Positions 1-7,904 of a stretch of 11,863 nt of DNA are shown here, piece by piece. The notes beneath the pieces were generated by a model, which did no database searches, was not told where the DNA came from, and worked only from the letters and a program-made list of their open reading frames with translations. Source of the stretch: a virus. Taxonomy: Duplodnaviria; Heunggongvirae; Uroviricota; Caudoviricetes. Numbering within the stretch: the first letter of the stretch is position 1; every line of letters starts with the position of its first letter. Both the position numbers and the translations under genes were made by a program. The DNA lies in the IMG/VR virus record IMGVR_UViG_2693429779_000014, positions 1-11,863 of that record. One strand, 5' to 3'.

Positions 1-183
1 TACACTAAATCAGTAAGTTGGCAGCATCACCCCGCCACAGAACAATTATTGCTTTTGCCGTTGATGACAATAAAGTTTTTATCGCAGGCGTATACCACGG
101 TGGGCAAATCTATGAAACCGATTTTTTATCCAGTGCACCGTAAAACCCCCATCCTTCAGGGCGTGGCGGATATCAAACTTTGG

Positions 184-1266
184 TCATTTTCTCTGGCTGA
201 TCTTTACCGGATAACCATCCCGAAGATCAATTAAGTGCTCCGGTTCAGAAGCAAACCATGCATAAGATCCCCACGCCAATTCTGGTATTGCCTTTTTAAA
301 AGGCAGAGCACTTCTGTCCATAAATGCCGTAAGGAATGCAAGATTTTTCTCGCTGAACCCAGCGTCAATAGCCAAATGAGTGAGAGTAACTTTTCGTTCC
401 CTGTTTATAGGCCCATCTGTCGCAACTACTTCAGTGAAAACTACAAGCATGTCCGAACCCGTTCGGTCCTCTCCCAAATCAATCAAAATAATATCTGGAA
501 GTGCTTTTGAGGCATCAATATTCAGCCCCAATGCTTTTGCCAATACATCATCCTGAGCAACAACTTTATTCCCGGATTCAGACAACCAGAGCACAGTTGG
601 ATTCTTAAGAAAATTAGGAGCAAAAACTTCGATGACGGCCTTAGCTATTGTACTTGACGGGCCCGGAGCTAAAGTTCTCTTCTCTCCATTTGGGAAAGTG
701 ACGACTACGGCATCAGCAGCAATCACTGCCCCTGATTTCAATAAACGCAACCTAGCAAGAGCGGCTTTGTTCAAATGATTTTCTTGCCAGGAACTTATTG
801 CACTCAGCAGCGAATCTCCTTCAAGCCCGGCATCAAAGAGTGCTGCAAAAGAGCGATTCAAACTGTAACGAGGACGAGAGGATGTGGTGGGTATACCTTT
901 ACGCTCAACAATTGCATTGCAAGGTATTAGGCCATTTTTTATAGTTTCATCACGTATTGGCTCACGCGTATTTTCCGCATACCATGCATCAGCAGGCCTT
1001 ATCTTTTGTTTAGAGAAAGTCATCTTTACCCAGCTTTCTCTGGACGCATCATCAGTAAGAGCAGCCTGCGAATCTCCCATACTTACAACCTGGCTGGGCC
1101 TTATCCATCGCCCCAGCCCCTCAACCGCACCAGCATAAAACATGACAAAAATTGTTTTTGCAGCTATTTCCCGAATTAAATATCCACGATTCTCAGTCCC
1201 TTCAGGGAAAATTAATTGTAATCTTTCCCGGATAACATTCAATGGGGGAACAACAGGCAGATTCAT
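184..1266 (-). CDS. Unassigned 360-aa partner of the adjacent methyltransferase; putative restriction endonuclease-like protein (possibly BsuBI/PstI-like, not verifiable here)
   Basis: 360-aa minus-strand ORF. Its ATG (1266-1264) overlaps the TGA stop (1265-1263) of the upstream methyltransferase gene (ATGA), and a GGAG lies about 10 nt upstream inside the MTase 3' end. No catalytic motif can be assigned with certainty; the stretch DIILIDLGEDRTGSDMLVVFTEVVATD is compatible with a PD-(D/E)xK-type core. The functional call rests on operon context. Confidence 0.45.
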   Translation of the reverse strand: MNLPVVPPLNVIRERLQLIFPEGTENRGYLIREIAAKTIFVMFYAGAVEGLGRWIRPSQVVSMGDSQAALTDDASRESWVKMTFSKQKIRPADAWYAENTREPIRDETIKNGLIPCNAIVERKGIPTTSSRPRYSLNRSFAALFDAGLEGDSLLSAISSWQENHLNKAALARLRLLKSGAVIAADAVVVTFPNGEKRTLAPGPSSTIAKAVIEVFAPNFLKNPTVLWLSESGNKVVAQDDVLAKALGLNIDASKALPDIILIDLGEDRTGSDMLVVFTEVVATDGPINRERKVTLTHLAIDAGFSEKNLAFLTAFMDRSALPFKKAIPELAWGSYAWFASEPEHLIDLRDGYPVKISQRK

Positions 1267-3095
1267 GCAATCATCACTCCATAGAAACCAGCGATAGTTC
1301 TCTCAATAATCCGTCTGTGGACGCCAGCATCAATTAACGATTGAATCTCCATCACCTGCTCCAGAGAAGGCAACGGGATTGAATTCAATTCATAGGCCGA
1401 AACAGCAACACTTCCGCTTATACACCTGAACGCCCGATCGACAACATGCGAATTAAGTAGCATATCAATAACATCAGGGCGAACCGCAGAGAACAATCCG
1501 TTTGAATATACAATATTAATATGGTTTTCAACTACTACGCCACCAGTTTCATCTATAAATCCCTGAGGTAAAATTGCCGCTAAAATCCTTCTGTCCTGTT
1601 CCTTCGATGTTGTCCGCTGAACAAGCACACATTCAGATTTTGTCACAAGGAAACCCTGTTGTGGGGTTATATCGATATAGGGAACATGATTTTTTCTGTC
1701 TGCACTAAAACGAAAACCAGCTGAAGTTATTGATTCCGCCCAGACTAATGGGTAGCTATTTTTTCCTTTCGTCGTACGCAACTGCGACTTAAATCGATTC
1801 CAGACTAACTGACCTGTAGAGACTGAGTATCCCAGATCAGCTAAACGCGTAGACATCTGTTTTAATACATTAAGAAAACAGGCATCATCTTTAACGCGTG
1901 GCAAAAGCCACGTTGCTCCACCTTTTTCTATATCAACATTACCTATTTTCTCAATTTTTGCTTTGTTCAACCCCTTAGGGACAAGTGAGGATACCTGGGC
2001 CCGAACTTTATGTTCTCCCGCCTTGAATGCTGTCAACATTGTTTCCTGGAGAACATCGTCAAAGACCCCATCCCTGTCAGTGACGAAATCAAGGGCATAC
2101 GGAGTAGTTTTTTCGGTCAAAAGGGTTCGCAGCGCGGTGAAATACTGCCCACCAAGAAAAGAAGTTGGCGTAAGAAATGCAATAACTCCTGTTTTCTCTT
2201 TAACCATGCGAACAGCTAAGTCGGTGAACAATCCATATAGATTTGCATGACCAAATAACGAACGAGAATATTTTTCTCTCGTTTTAATATCGAGAGTGAC
2301 ACGTCCGTAAGGCGGATTCCCTACCACAAGATCATAACCAGAAAATTTATCTTGCTGAAGCGCATCAGCAACAATAATTGTATCTTCAGGCAATCTACGT
2401 TTTACCTTTACACATAGTGGCATTAGTACAGATTCGAGCAATACCAAACTCATCCAAGCCGCAAATGGATCGATTTCTATCCCCTTTAAACGACGACTGA
2501 TTCTCCTCAACATCCATTCAGGGGAAGACCCCTTGTCTTTTTTTAACATTCGAATGGCTACTGGTGCCAAAAATGCACCGCCACCACACGCAGGATCAAT
2601 AACCGATGCATGAGAAAAATCAACACCAGACTTTTCAGCCAGGTCCAAGAGACGCGCTACCAAAGGTGGGGGGGTATAGTAAGCCCCCAATTCCGAACGG
2701 TAAGCGGATGGCAGCATTACCGTATAAATTGACCCAATCAGATATCCAGCGTCCTCCGCCGGAAATTGAGCAATAAGCTCACCTGTTCGTTCAGCGAGCT
2801 CGCGTGCATCACATGGAATGTCTTCTATGTAAACAGTGTGCGGTACTGCCCTCATTTTAATGCTGCTTTTTTGCTTTTTTGCAAGGGTATCCCAATATGC
2901 AGCTACGATGCTGAAGCAGTATGAGCGGGCATGCATCAACCTTGACTGCCCGGTTTTGTAATTGCCCGCATAACCTTTGGCCATGGCTTTACAAGTTTGA
3001 TATCTTTCCAGATTAGAAAACTCATTATCTGTAAAAAAATCAAAATGTTGCACATTCATAATGTAAAATCCTAATGTATCAAACATGCGGGCCAT
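1263..3095 (-). CDS. N6-adenine DNA methyltransferase, gamma-class (Eco57I/TaqI-like catalytic domain with a C-terminal target-recognition region of about 250 aa)
   Basis: The translation carries GAYYTPP, then the SAM-binding motif I VIDPACGGGAFL, then the catalytic motif IV DLVVGNPPYG, in gamma-class order. The first ATG is at 3095; a better-placed start is the ATG at 3059 (MNVQHF...), which has AGGA 9 nt upstream. Confidence 0.85.
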   Translation of the reverse strand: MARMFDTLGFYIMNVQHFDFFTDNEFSNLERYQTCKAMAKGYAGNYKTGQSRLMHARSYCFSIVAAYWDTLAKKQKSSIKMRAVPHTVYIEDIPCDARELAERTGELIAQFPAEDAGYLIGSIYTVMLPSAYRSELGAYYTPPPLVARLLDLAEKSGVDFSHASVIDPACGGGAFLAPVAIRMLKKDKGSSPEWMLRRISRRLKGIEIDPFAAWMSLVLLESVLMPLCVKVKRRLPEDTIIVADALQQDKFSGYDLVVGNPPYGRVTLDIKTREKYSRSLFGHANLYGLFTDLAVRMVKEKTGVIAFLTPTSFLGGQYFTALRTLLTEKTTPYALDFVTDRDGVFDDVLQETMLTAFKAGEHKVRAQVSSLVPKGLNKAKIEKIGNVDIEKGGATWLLPRVKDDACFLNVLKQMSTRLADLGYSVSTGQLVWNRFKSQLRTTKGKNSYPLVWAESITSAGFRFSADRKNHVPYIDITPQQGFLVTKSECVLVQRTTSKEQDRRILAAILPQGFIDETGGVVVENHINIVYSNGLFSAVRPDVIDMLLNSHVVDRAFRCISGSVAVSAYELNSIPLPSLEQVMEIQSLIDAGVHRRIIERTIAGFYGVMIA

Positions 3096-3309
3096 AACAT
3101 CTCATGGTGGCGCATAGCAAACTGGCCCGAAGAATATCACGCACCAAGTCGATCTCATAACCCGTTATGACAATAAATCTTTGTAGCTGAACTCACTTGG
3201 TGATTTGTCAATCATTCCTGGCCTCCAGTTCGTCCTGAATCTCTTTATCGAGTTCACCGTATTTGTTAGTCCTCATCACTCACGACTTGACTTCCAGAAA
3301 TAACCTTGA

Positions 3310-3645
3310 TTATTCGGGGCTATATTTTGTCACCCTGCGTATCCGCGCTTTCGCATTACGCTCAATCTGGATTAGCTTTTCTATATTTTTTCGCCTTTCC
3401 CGCTCCTCCTGGCGCAAGAGCCTTACATCATCTGCCAGTCTGGTTTCTCTTTTCGCCACAGAGAGCATCCAGTCAAATGGCTCCACAACTGCACCGCAAA
3501 TTTTACAGCGGACCTGACGCTCTTTTTCGTCAACCCGGACAGAGGCGTGATGGCAATATGGTCTTTCCGATGGCTCATAAAGAAAATTAACCTGATTACG
3601 AGGGTTATCCTCTTTTACCGGAAATAAAACACTGAAATTCTGCAA
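3310..3645 (-). CDS. Hypothetical protein, probably the 3' remnant of a gene truncated by the IS3-associated deletion; contains a Cys/His cluster (CHH...CKIC)
   Basis: 111-aa ORF whose first codons (3645 down to about 3620) lie in IS-derived sequence, so the native N-terminus is likely lost. No recognisable family; the C-terminal half is Arg/Glu-rich and looks coiled. Confidence 0.25.
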   Translation of the reverse strand: MQNFSVLFPVKEDNPRNQVNFLYEPSERPYCHHASVRVDEKERQVRCKICGAVVEPFDWMLSVAKRETRLADDVRLLRQEERERRKNIEKLIQIERNAKARIRRVTKYSPE

Positions 3646-3741
3646 CTGCGTAAGGCGTTAAATGAAGCTCGCCTTGAGCGAGATATATTAAAAAAAGCAA
3701 CAGCGTATTTTGCACAGGAGTCGCTGAAAAATACGCGTTAA
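3620..3741 (+). pseudogene. IS3-family orfA, 3' fragment only
   Basis: Only about 40 C-terminal codons of OrfA are present; an upstream in-frame stop sits at 3617-3619. Confidence 0.6.
3690..3697 (+). promoter_or_regulatory. A7G slippery run in the orfA/orfB overlap (programmed -1 frameshift signal typical of IS3-family elements)
   Basis: AAAAAAAG at 3690-3697 lies where the orfA frame (stop 3739-3741) and the orfB frame (open from 3678) overlap. Confidence 0.5.
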
Positions 3742-3776
3742 TCGAACAATGGCGACAACAATTTCCCATTGAAGCG

Positions 3777-4595
3777 ATGTGTCAGGTATTTGGTGTATCC
3801 AGGAGCGGTTATTACAACTGGGTACAGCATGAACCCTCAGACAGAAAACAAAGTGATGAGCGGCTAAAACTGGAGATTAAGGTGGCACATATCCGCACTC
3901 GCGAAACATATGGAACCCGGCGGCTCCAGACGGAGCTGGCAGAGAATGGCATCATCGTTGGTCGTGACCGACTGGCACGTCTTCGTAAGGAGCTAAGGCT
4001 ACGCTGTAAGCAGAAACGCAAGTTCAGAGCGACTACGAACTCGAACCACAATCTGCCAGTTGCGCCAAATCTGCTGAACCAGACGTTCGCTCCTACAGCA
4101 CCAAATCAGGTCTGGGTGGCGGACCTGACGTATGTTGCCACACAGGAGGGATGGTTGTACCTCGCTGGCATCAAAGATGTTTATACGTGCGAAATTGTCG
4201 GCTACGCCATGGGAGAGCGCATGACAAAAGAGCTGACAGGTAAAGCCCTGTTTATGGCGCTCAGGAGCCAGCGCCCACCTGCCGGGCTAATCCACCACTC
4301 TGATCGAGGTTCACAGTACTGCGCATACGATTACCGGGTCATACAGGAGCAGTCTGGTCTGAAAACATCAATGTCGCGTAAAGGTAACTGTTACGACAAC
4401 GCTCCGATGGAAAGCTTCTGGGGAACGCTGAAAAATGAGAGCCTGAGCCACTATCGTTTTAATAACCGGGATGAAGCCATCTCAGTAATACGGGAATACA
4501 TTGAGATTTTCTACAATCGTCAGCGTCGTCACTCTCGTCTGGGGAATATCTCCCCGGCAGCCTTCAGGGAAAAATATCATCAGATGGCTGCTTAA
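3777..4595 (+). CDS. IS3-family transposase OrfB (DDE integrase catalytic core)
   Basis: 272 aa from the first ATG; the frame is open from 3678, consistent with expression as an OrfAB fusion. Contains the D..D..E context (...VWVADLTYV..., ...HHSDRGSQY..., ...YDNAPMESFWGTLKNE...) and the C-terminal ...RQRRHSRLGNISPAAFREKY. Confidence 0.85.
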   Translation: MCQVFGVSRSGYYNWVQHEPSDRKQSDERLKLEIKVAHIRTRETYGTRRLQTELAENGIIVGRDRLARLRKELRLRCKQKRKFRATTNSNHNLPVAPNLLNQTFAPTAPNQVWVADLTYVATQEGWLYLAGIKDVYTCEIVGYAMGERMTKELTGKALFMALRSQRPPAGLIHHSDRGSQYCAYDYRVIQEQSGLKTSMSRKGNCYDNAPMESFWGTLKNESLSHYRFNNRDEAISVIREYIEIFYNRQRRHSRLGNISPAAFREKYHQMAA

Positions 4596-5008
4596 AAAAA
4601 GAACAAATGGTAGTGTCCGCTATTGCCAGTACACCTCATAGCTTCGCTCTTCCGGCACTCGCGACAGATTATATTCAGGCGCCTGTCGTAGCGGCGTATT
4701 TCTCCGTCTGGTAATGACCAGATAAGGTCAGGATCAACCACAACCGGTTTCTTCACCTTTACCCTCGATAGCTTTTTGCGGGCGTTTTGCCAGTCTTTAT
4801 GAGCCTGTTCAGAGGGAAATACCCCGTAGCCAGAATTATATACATCACCACTTGCGACCAGTTCTATGCATAAGCGACCGACAGACGCACGACTGATACC
4901 TGTTTCATCTGACAACTGCCGAATCGTGACCCGACCGTCCTGATGCACGAGTTCCACAATTCGCGTCTTCAGTTCTTCCCGCTGTTCGGGAGTAAAAGGT
5001 TTCGCCAT
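4592..5008 (-). CDS. Ren-like phage protein, copy A; 3' end altered next to the IS
   Basis: Starts MAKPFTPEQREEL... with AGGAGG upstream. Paralogous to the 5907..6389 ORF through ...DPDLIWSLPDGEIRRYDR..NIICRECRKSE, after which the two diverge. The ECRKSE region resembles the ECRQSAAMKRVL C-terminus I recall for lambda Ren (from memory). Confidence 0.5.
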   Translation of the reverse strand: MAKPFTPEQREELKTRIVELVHQDGRVTIRQLSDETGISRASVGRLCIELVASGDVYNSGYGVFPSEQAHKDWQNARKKLSRVKVKKPVVVDPDLIWSLPDGEIRRYDRRLNIICRECRKSEAMRCTGNSGHYHLFFF

Positions 5009-5022
5009 AAATCCTCCTGAAA

Positions 5023-5769
5023 CTACTTAACAACCCTCGAATGGCTAACATTCGGACGCCAGCTCTCCCAGTTAAAATTCACCCAGCGCCCGCCGTTCAT
5101 GACCATGCGATCCATCACCCGCTCGCCGAGCAATGTTTTCATCACCTCATAGTTCAGGTTTGTCAGCATCCCCACGCTGCGCATCGACGCTGTCCGGCGA
5201 TCAACAATCTGGTGCAGCACCACCTGCTCGTTTTTCGTCTCGCGCTGAATGCCAATTTCATCAAGAACCAGCAGATCCACTTCGCACAGCTCCCGCAAAA
5301 ATTTTTCGCCTGACTGCCCGTCGTCATAGCTGGCGTGCAGGGCGCTCATAACATCAGCCACGGTAACCACAATCACTGTCTGACCGTCTTTCAGCAGGCG
5401 ATTCCCGATAGCTGCCGCTAAGTGATTCTTCCCGGTACCAGGTTTTCCGCTGAACGCAAAATTTGTACACCCGGTCATCAGTTCATCGGCGATGGATTTC
5501 GCCTGGCTTAACGCGTATCGCTGGCCGTCGTTCTGCACCTGGTAATTCGCAAACGAGCATTTACGGTGCAACGGCTGGATGCCTGAGCGATTCAGAATTT
5601 TTTCCACCCGCAACTGGCGATTCAGGCGGTTGATCTCCTCGCTACGTTTCTGGCCTTCAGCAAGTTGCCACTCGCGCCACTCCGCTACCGTTCTGAATGG
5701 GGCGGTTACATGTGGCGGGGTCAGTCGGCGGATGCGTTCCAGAACGCCGCCTGTCGCAATATTTTTCAT
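5023..5769 (-). CDS. DnaC-like AAA+ helicase loader (phage replication protein), copy A
   Basis: 248 aa. Walker A FSGKPGTGKNHLAAAIG and Walker B DLLVLDEIG, with end-to-end collinearity to the E. coli DnaC sequence as I recall it (...NRSGIQPLH...CSFANY...MLTNLN...LGERVMDRM...). GGGGG-type SD upstream. Confidence 0.9.
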   Translation of the reverse strand: MKNIATGGVLERIRRLTPPHVTAPFRTVAEWREWQLAEGQKRSEEINRLNRQLRVEKILNRSGIQPLHRKCSFANYQVQNDGQRYALSQAKSIADELMTGCTNFAFSGKPGTGKNHLAAAIGNRLLKDGQTVIVVTVADVMSALHASYDDGQSGEKFLRELCEVDLLVLDEIGIQRETKNEQVVLHQIVDRRTASMRSVGMLTNLNYEVMKTLLGERVMDRMVMNGGRWVNFNWESWRPNVSHSRVVK

Positions 5770-5775
5770 GGTCCG

Positions 5776-6000
5776 TTACCCCCTGAAGCCTGGCGGGATC
5801 GCACTGTCCGGCAACGAGACGGTGTTAACCTGTCGGAGCAACGTCTCAGGCCGAACACCTTTCGGCGCGAACAGGCCCTGGTATTCATTGGCGATGCTGT
5901 GTCGAATCACCTGCTCAGGTGTAAAACCCTGCTGACGGAATTTTTCCAGTTCCCGTATCGCCCCGTTAGCGCCCTGCTCCGTTCGAATCGGTTTTCGCAA
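5776..6000 (-). pseudogene. 3' remnant of a second initiator gene (DnaT-like C-terminal domain only)
   Basis: The 74-aa frame ends ...VNTVSLPDSAIPPGFRG*, matching the C-terminus of the full-length initiator at 7905..8969 (...VNHISEPDTEIPPGFRG*). The N-terminal domain and iteron region are missing. It sits 6 nt upstream of DnaC-like copy A, the same spacing as in the intact module. Confidence 0.6.
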
Positions 6001-6389
6001 TGCCTGAGTACACGCTGCATAACTTCACTCTTCCGGCACTCGCGACAGATTATGTTCTGATGTCTGTCGTAGCGGCGTATTTCTCCGTCTGGTAATGACC
6101 AGATAAGGTCAGGATCAACCACAGATGGTTTCTTCAGATTTGCCCTTGAGAGTTTTTTGCGGGCGTTTTGCCAGTCCTTACGAGCCTGTTCAGACGGGAA
6201 TAACCCGTAGCCAGAGTTGTATACATCCCCACTGGCAACCAGCTCTCTGGCGAGAACGCTTATTAAATATCTTGTCGCCCCGGTTTTAGCTTCCAGTTGT
6301 CGTAACGTCTCGCGCCCACTCTGGCGTACGAGTTCAACAACCTGCCCCTTAATTTTTTCCCGCTCTTCCTGTGTAAATACTTTTGCCAT
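5907..6389 (-). CDS. Ren-like phage protein, copy B
   Basis: Start at ATG 6389 (MAKVFTQEEREKIK...), 15 nt after the upstream gene's stop. Contains ...ECRKSEVMQRVL..., but the frame then reads on into the initiator remnant with no stop until 5907, so the 3' end is probably not native. Confidence 0.55.
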   Translation of the reverse strand: MAKVFTQEEREKIKGQVVELVRQSGRETLRQLEAKTGATRYLISVLARELVASGDVYNSGYGLFPSEQARKDWQNARKKLSRANLKKPSVVDPDLIWSLPDGEIRRYDRHQNIICRECRKSEVMQRVLRHCENRFERSRALTGRYGNWKNSVSRVLHLSR

Positions 6390-6404
6390 AAGCGCCCCCG
6401 GCAA

Positions 6405-7130
6405 TCACTTTTCCGACACAATACGACCGGAGGAATCGACAATCTGTCGAACAATATCCCGGTGCTTGTTCAGCTCCCGCAACGCGGCGCAGACACGCTC
6501 CCACTTCTGGACATGACTTTTCGCCCGACGCAGTTCGCGGTTTGCCATATGCAGCGATGGTAAAACCAGGTCATCCGCTTGCGTTTCGGTGAACGATGGC
6601 AACGACTGCACAATGTCCGCCACAGTTTCTGTTTTAATTTCTTCCTGTGTTGCAGCTTCCTGTACCGGTAACGCAACACCTGCTGGCTGAGGAAAGACTT
6701 TACCATCCGTTTCCGCTATGGATGCGGCTTTCGGCTCTGCCGGTAAATCAGCGCCCGGTATGCAGTACCGAAATTTACCGCCCTGATTCACGCGAATCAG
6801 ACGCCCTTTGCTGATTGCCATGGCCAGCGATGAATTCGCCCGGCGGGAGGTAATCCCGAACATCAGTGCCAGCTCATCCGCCGTTTGTGGGCCATGTTGT
6901 TCAATCGCCTCAGTCAGCATTTGCGCTGTCACTTTCGGTACCGGTGACACTGGTTCACTTTCACCAGCCTGAATCAGCCACCACATCGAACCCTTGTTAT
7001 CCGCTTCACCACGGCGCTTCAGTTTCCACAGTTCGTTGACCGCATCTTCACGGCTGATTCCAAGGCGGGACGCCACCACATGTGAAGAGGCTCTTTTCAG
7101 TGCTTTCAGTGCGTCAAATACAGTTTCCAT
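6405..7130 (-). CDS. Hypothetical phage protein with two N-terminal winged-helix-like segments and an acidic linker
   Basis: The six-frame track starts at 7148 (TTG), but the ATG at 7130 ([12 protein letters not shown]...) has GGAGG 8 nt upstream. Two wHTH-like segments (...[24 protein letters not shown]... and ...[31 protein letters not shown]...). Lies between the DnaC-like and Ren-like genes. Confidence 0.6.
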   Translation of the reverse strand: METVFDALKALKRASSHVVASRLGISREDAVNELWKLKRRGEADNKGSMWWLIQAGESEPVSPVPKVTAQMLTEAIEQHGPQTADELALMFGITSRRANSSLAMAISKGRLIRVNQGGKFRYCIPGADLPAEPKAASIAETDGKVFPQPAGVALPVQEAATQEEIKTETVADIVQSLPSFTETQADDLVLPSLHMANRELRRAKSHVQKWERVCAALRELNKHRDIVRQIVDSSGRIVSEK

Positions 7131-7151
7131 TAAAACATCCTCCAACAAAAA

Positions 7152-7898
7152 TTACTTCACAACTCCCGGAAAGCTGACATTTGAACGCCAGCTATCCCAG
7201 TTAAACGTCACCCACCGACAACCGTTCATGGTCATGCGGTCCATAATCCTCTCACCAAGAAGCGTGCTCATTGCGGCATGATTCAGGTTTGTTAACATCC
7301 CGACACTGCACAGTGATGCTGTCCGGCGATCAATTATCTGGTGCAATACCACCTGCTCGTTTTTCGTCTCCCGCTGAATGCCTATTTCATCCAGGACCAG
7401 CAAATCAACCCCGCAAAGCTCCTGTAAAAATTTTTCACCGGATTTGCCGTTGTCGTAGCTGTCATGCAACACGCTCATGACATCAGACTCGGTGACGATA
7501 ATCACGCTGCGCCCCTTCGCCATCAGCCGGTTACCCATCGCCGCTGCAAGGTGATTTTTCCCGGTGCCGGTTTTACCGCTGAACACAAAATTCGTGCACC
7601 CGGTCATCAGTTCGTCAGCTATGGATTTGGCCTGGCTCAGCGCGTATTTTTGCCCGTCGTTCTGCACCTGATAATTCGCAAACGAGCATTTGCTGTGCAG
7701 AGGCTGGATGCCCGAACGATTCAGGATTTTTTCCACCCGCAACTGGCGATTCTGGCGGTTAATCTCCTCGCTGCGTTTTCGTCCTTCAGCAAGTTGCCAT
7801 TCCCGCCACTCCTCCACCGTCCGGTACGGTGGAACCGCCCCCTGTGGTGCAAGTCTGTGAATACGTTCAAGAACCCCGGCTGCCGCAATGTTTTTCAT
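7152..7898 (-). CDS. DnaC-like AAA+ helicase loader (phage replication protein), copy B
   Basis: 248 aa. Walker A FSGKTGTGKNHLAAAMG and Walker B DLLVLDEIG; about 85% identical to copy A at protein level but with many synonymous DNA differences. Starts 6 nt after the initiator stop. Confidence 0.9.
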   Translation of the reverse strand: MKNIAAAGVLERIHRLAPQGAVPPYRTVEEWREWQLAEGRKRSEEINRQNRQLRVEKILNRSGIQPLHSKCSFANYQVQNDGQKYALSQAKSIADELMTGCTNFVFSGKTGTGKNHLAAAMGNRLMAKGRSVIIVTESDVMSVLHDSYDNGKSGEKFLQELCGVDLLVLDEIGIQRETKNEQVVLHQIIDRRTASLCSVGMLTNLNHAAMSTLLGERIMDRMTMNGCRWVTFNWDSWRSNVSFPGVVK

Positions 7899-7904
7899 GC
7901 CACA

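Larger units (their letters stand above)
3620..4615 (+). mobile_element. IS3-family insertion sequence, 5'-truncated (orfA 3' end plus complete orfB); right boundary approximate
   Basis: The orfA-frame tail reads ...LQLRKALNEARLERDILKKATAYFAQESLKNTR* (3632-3741), a typical IS3-family OrfA C-terminus. It is followed in the -1 frame by a DDE transposase. The orfA frame is closed by TAA at 3617-3619, so about two thirds of orfA and the left inverted repeat are absent. Confidence 0.8.

Noticed and set aside
25-47. CACCCCGCC...CCACAGAA at 27-44 resembling 10957-10977, considered as possible direct repeats or att sites
   Set aside because: Only a 9-mer and an 8-mer are shared, separated by a 2-nt indel in GC-rich sequence; the second copy lies inside the immunity region rather than at a plausible element boundary. 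Most likely chance.
49-234. 61-aa plus-strand ORF at the window edge
   Set aside because: It overlaps the 3' end of the 360-aa minus-strand gene, has no SD and no recognisable features; treated as spurious.
3165-3215. 16-codon minus-strand mini-ORF (MIDKSPSEFSYKDLLS) with GGAGG upstream in the MTase leader, as a possible leader peptide or controller gene
   Set aside because: Too short to support; it overlaps the only good -35-like hexamer (TTGACA) for the MTase promoter, so it may not be on the transcript. It is far too small to be a C-protein.
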